Source: Candidatus Woesearchaeota archaeon
Lineage (GTDB): Archaea > Nanobdellota > Nanobdellia > Pacearchaeales > GW2011-AR1
DNA length: 24,176 nucleotides
NCBI GenBank assembly: GCA_964530955.1
Contig: CAZHCL010000011.1
Span: forward strand, 1 to 24,176
Direction of reading: 5' to 3'
The notes beneath the pieces were generated by a model that saw only the letters and a list, made by a program, of their open reading frames with translations, searched no databases and was not told where the DNA came from. This document shows, one piece after another, positions 24,101 through 24,176 of the stretch (position 1 is its first letter; the number at the start of each line of letters is the position of its first letter). The position numbers and the translations under genes are program-made.

Positions 24101-24176
24101 TGTTCAATGGGACATCTCTAGAAAATCTTACAAATAATGGATTCGTAATTAAATTGAATAATGTAACTGTAAGTTC
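15184..24176 (+). CDS. Giant cell-surface glycoprotein/adhesin-like protein, 3'-partial (at least 2997 codons); not in ORF track
   Basis: Read codon by codon: no stop from ATG 15184 to the window end. Layout: basic N-terminal domain (MVHKRFIKKGGKSYGPYYYESYREDGKVKKKYIG), TM about 15349-15399, low-complexity linker, NxT repeats, core shared with the 1455-aa protein (about 16285-17703), two beta-helix modules, Ig-like repeats (about 22273-23385), CARDB-like domain (DPLNVIPESNETNN, about 23386-23670). Confidence 0.95.
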   Translation, partial: MVHKRFIKKGGKSYGPYYYESYREDGKVKKKYIGTSPQKNNFSVDFSQIKSVTPQILIVLLIIAVAYFGVSHFITGKAISDGTSADNSAQQNSVDQNNAPADTTGNSATSAQSSDSNSGSSDSGNLTTGGTADTTTSPANSDSGSTGQGTATNGATDNSSNQQQEQAPVSQENNTPTNQTVNVPEENSSLNQTITNQTIPNETIINQTITNETSANNESNLTLPNQTIVNQTLTNETFSNNTIINETLTNQTAVNETIINQTITNQTQVNLTLENLSILAVIPTIRIAANGSAQVTLSDYFSGAESYSFNALNISSAINGDVLTLTPDSGFRGARKGTITAYSGNDSLQSNSFDIFVSSGAINIQTIRNKIKLGEPVKWTKNVTLDNPQQLSLELPSDASNITVTKTDSSQGSSSKSITGNVISDSNGNKKSLSFLDRLFNFFRLFLLTGRAISDTSQNQDIANNTTNATIQVTLNDNATQYTVEYTTPSPVSTEKDILGGKQMSISAPEELNYTDVIANTNISDASKIADAGTIKIYWHNYDPAAVQAAEDKDAAALQALKEQAKQVSEVANSTVVEDVNLGSNETLPTVINSTFDNATSDLGNVTDNSTADNFSSNVSSSILTGNAILDGDVANSTAIENMTNDSNVTDNATLNATNNTNVGVSTSVLTDANGGKYILQEVPFDAYDTNGDGNIDYVEWVVPHFSNQTYDIILISKAEHLDENKTFIEDVYTQVQALDNVTAEIPAGDYLRVSFQQNLTNKNDITFYGASNSTDNSSSTIEVYEKDQNRTIALFDNVSSFNKYRITLDNLSSDDNYSQGTFDLLIKGNPVDFDYVVDPYTDTGALAQNVNDCGILNTSNAVYTLINNVSTTSTCFNITANNITFNGAGFTVNYSSVGATSDSGFSISGYNFTTVKNTKFLFSSITTPNTGIAFLLAGSNNGTYVNDTFLRTIQGTAPFFSLSSSSQNNISYNFAFGNGYTNQFINDFGSGSLNILANNNITYSGANSAAGIRLAAGGQNQIFNNQLYSTESLSPYAIFLINGNDGSIIYNNSITLTGGSGGAITTQGANNITMFNNTINCLATATGISIGTSTNITLSQNLLNTTQGLGIIVSGTAINQLNQTIDSLNLAEGLPVNYTFGLNNSLIQNINSSTYGQIICASCNNVTYNNITMYNVDGISLINSTSMVVNNSNFTSNRGYGVYITAGANNITVSNNNIYEYLNANLYGVYTGWTSNTVIPNNIYITGNNITYNTSASASGGSVYFTAPITNSIVSNNNLSVRGSGTKYGFYLAQPSVIANNISILSNIFSTGGIEMSGGAPNSVFDNNQLNNISVPYAFDFSGIFDNDTITNNRITSANSARVIDFRGGAASGLYVANNTITTIADIPAMYVESAITNSRFINNTITSVATTQNPFTFGVAGNSNVTFTGLKIYGSVSNAIDSFKVAFASNFTMTDSVLNTSSTHSAFLISNSVPWGYWNFTNVTEADGTPINISWGGGANGTANNIYYLDANASYPTGTPAVSANITGYRNDGLLWFSNLTDSNGLIQRQTVLQYKLTNNSAGSSVYTWYSNYTVNGTDVYGNGDAHSINITGNMVGSSAVTLSFVNLTSGCVNISNPNAYILLTANITSTGTCLTVLANNVTIDGGGYTINYSSAGGSIGYGINVTNYNFTTIKNVKITEGTSTTNSKPAISLSNAYNVTIQNNTLLTSGLFSDGIDMANNKYALITGNIINTTTGGASSGGYAVFMSCSSTNHNISGNSIFTSSNGNSIRSIYGSCGVSGGNNLFIGYNNISSYDYQIYVHSGNTIIGNNLTDAAPSGARGFSIDSNNILINNSWSIPNAYDTFAYPFQITAGNNTLTGNKFSDPNVITFTLTGTTLANLNNTLDSSNLIGGIPINFSFALNNAVIQNANSSTYGSIFCVYCNNVTYNNITMFNGDGIYLINSSNSVVSNSNLTTNKGFGVYISVNGFNNTVVNNTIATKTNNLLYGVYSSSSNYTSVIGNNITTSTTGSSAVSLTTSLFGIINNNNITATGSGTGLYGLGISLLTASNNNTMSGNIIKTTSSAAPPIFLSSSNNNIVLNNSLTSTGTNGFGVDIQSSSNNSIINNTISCSNSNSAGILSQGVSTNDRNVLTNNSIAMMGIQSYGIQLLQSSSNTISQGSIRVSSIAQNGIYIQSSTNDLISGVNVIINSTSGTGAIQTSGSSSFFINDSYLNSSNSATGEFYISAGVASGTWNFTNVSRLNGGLINVTWTGGSKGTLNYMWWVSANTTVNQTKGPLAGVNVSAWNVNNVSMFSEISGSLGNISSYPLLQYTMTNNSAGGTVTTYYSPYTLNATKSGYNTYSNATINLTTNYLVNAGLFDIVPTLQFVSPTDTDSSNLTRNNIFANVSVTDTTFVNVTLNLYNATSNALVNSTTSTSPIYYVNFIGLGDGTYYLNATAADLAGTLNSTETRRITVDTVMPTINVTSPLAQNYTTNNITINFTSADFNGISARWFYNGTTNITYSGVTSVIAPEGSNNFTFYSNDTFGNLNSTSVTFFVDSIIPLIQFVSPTDTNASQLSRSNILVNVTASDTNLKNITIFLYNSTNNLINTTISTTSPSYINYVGLLDGNYSFNSTVYDTLGNKNSTETRTITLDTIGPNITINYPLNTTTHFSAVISFNATAIDLQRGISSCVYSLDNVANVTMSALNTTFFNYSYSGIGHGLHNVTVSCNDTLNNWNSASMYNFNVNLLDLTIHSVTLTNPVYPNSTLISINVSNDGAPNATNINVSCYLDNVLFDSSLISQINGGQDYITNCTRTFYSGNFTLNVTLDPLNVIPESNETNNANITTVNAVVAIRNESHNGLITSLQTVNYNENVNLTLNIPNGTINTTRAGYNLSAVWANITLPNGAINKLYLSGNSAGGIWNATYIASTLLGNYSVVYSANLTNGFNFVQNVTTSFIVKNTSISIVASQSVNTTNIIPISGLIRLFNGTSLENLTNNGFVIKLNNVTVS
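15754..16014 (+). repeat. Pentapeptide N-x-T/S-x-x coding repeat (18 sequons)
   Basis: NQTIT NQTIP NETII NQTIT NETSA ... NQTQV NLTLE NLS with 15-nt periodicity (one 4-aa unit). Confidence 0.9.
17734..22272 (+). repeat. Two tandem about 760-aa parallel beta-helix modules (about 17734-20010 and 20011-22272)
   Basis: Paired landmarks: CGILN/CVNIS (17743/20023), CFNITANN/CLTVLANN, CASCNNVTYNNITM/CVYCNNVTYNNITM (18664/20950), WNFTNV (19621/21892). Confidence 0.85.

Noticed and set aside
1-24176. CRISPR array
   Set aside because: No series of equal-length repeats with unique spacers; all longer repeats are two-copy and mostly coding.

Overview
AT-rich archaeal window, most consistent with a DPANN (Pacearchaeota/Woesearchaeota-like) genome. 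This is an inference from TTTAAATA boxes about 21-30 nt upstream of ATGs, a CCA-less tRNA, an HTH_10 regulator and CxDSDGG repeats. Left to right: tRNA-Cys(GCA), whose 3' end is repeated 2.3 kb downstream around two secreted-protein genes (one a metzincin-type peptidase); a hypothetical gene and an HTH_10 regulator that share a palindromic operator; a minus-strand cluster of four surface-protein genes headed by a 1455-aa membrane protein with a C-terminal twin HTH; a 3-kb toxin-antitoxin-rich spacer (RHH+PIN, a degenerate nucleotidyltransferase, an orphan AbrB, MNT+HEPN) that also holds a 57-aa CC1-like chromatin protein missed by the ORF track; and an at least 2997-codon surface-protein gene, also absent from the track, that runs off the right edge. 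Main leads: (1) both giant surface proteins carry nucleic-acid-binding-like cytoplasmic domains; (2) the membrane-proximal domain of the 1455-aa protein is also encoded as a stand-alone secreted gene, identical to it in patches at DNA level. All family assignments are by-eye motif recognition; no searches were run.
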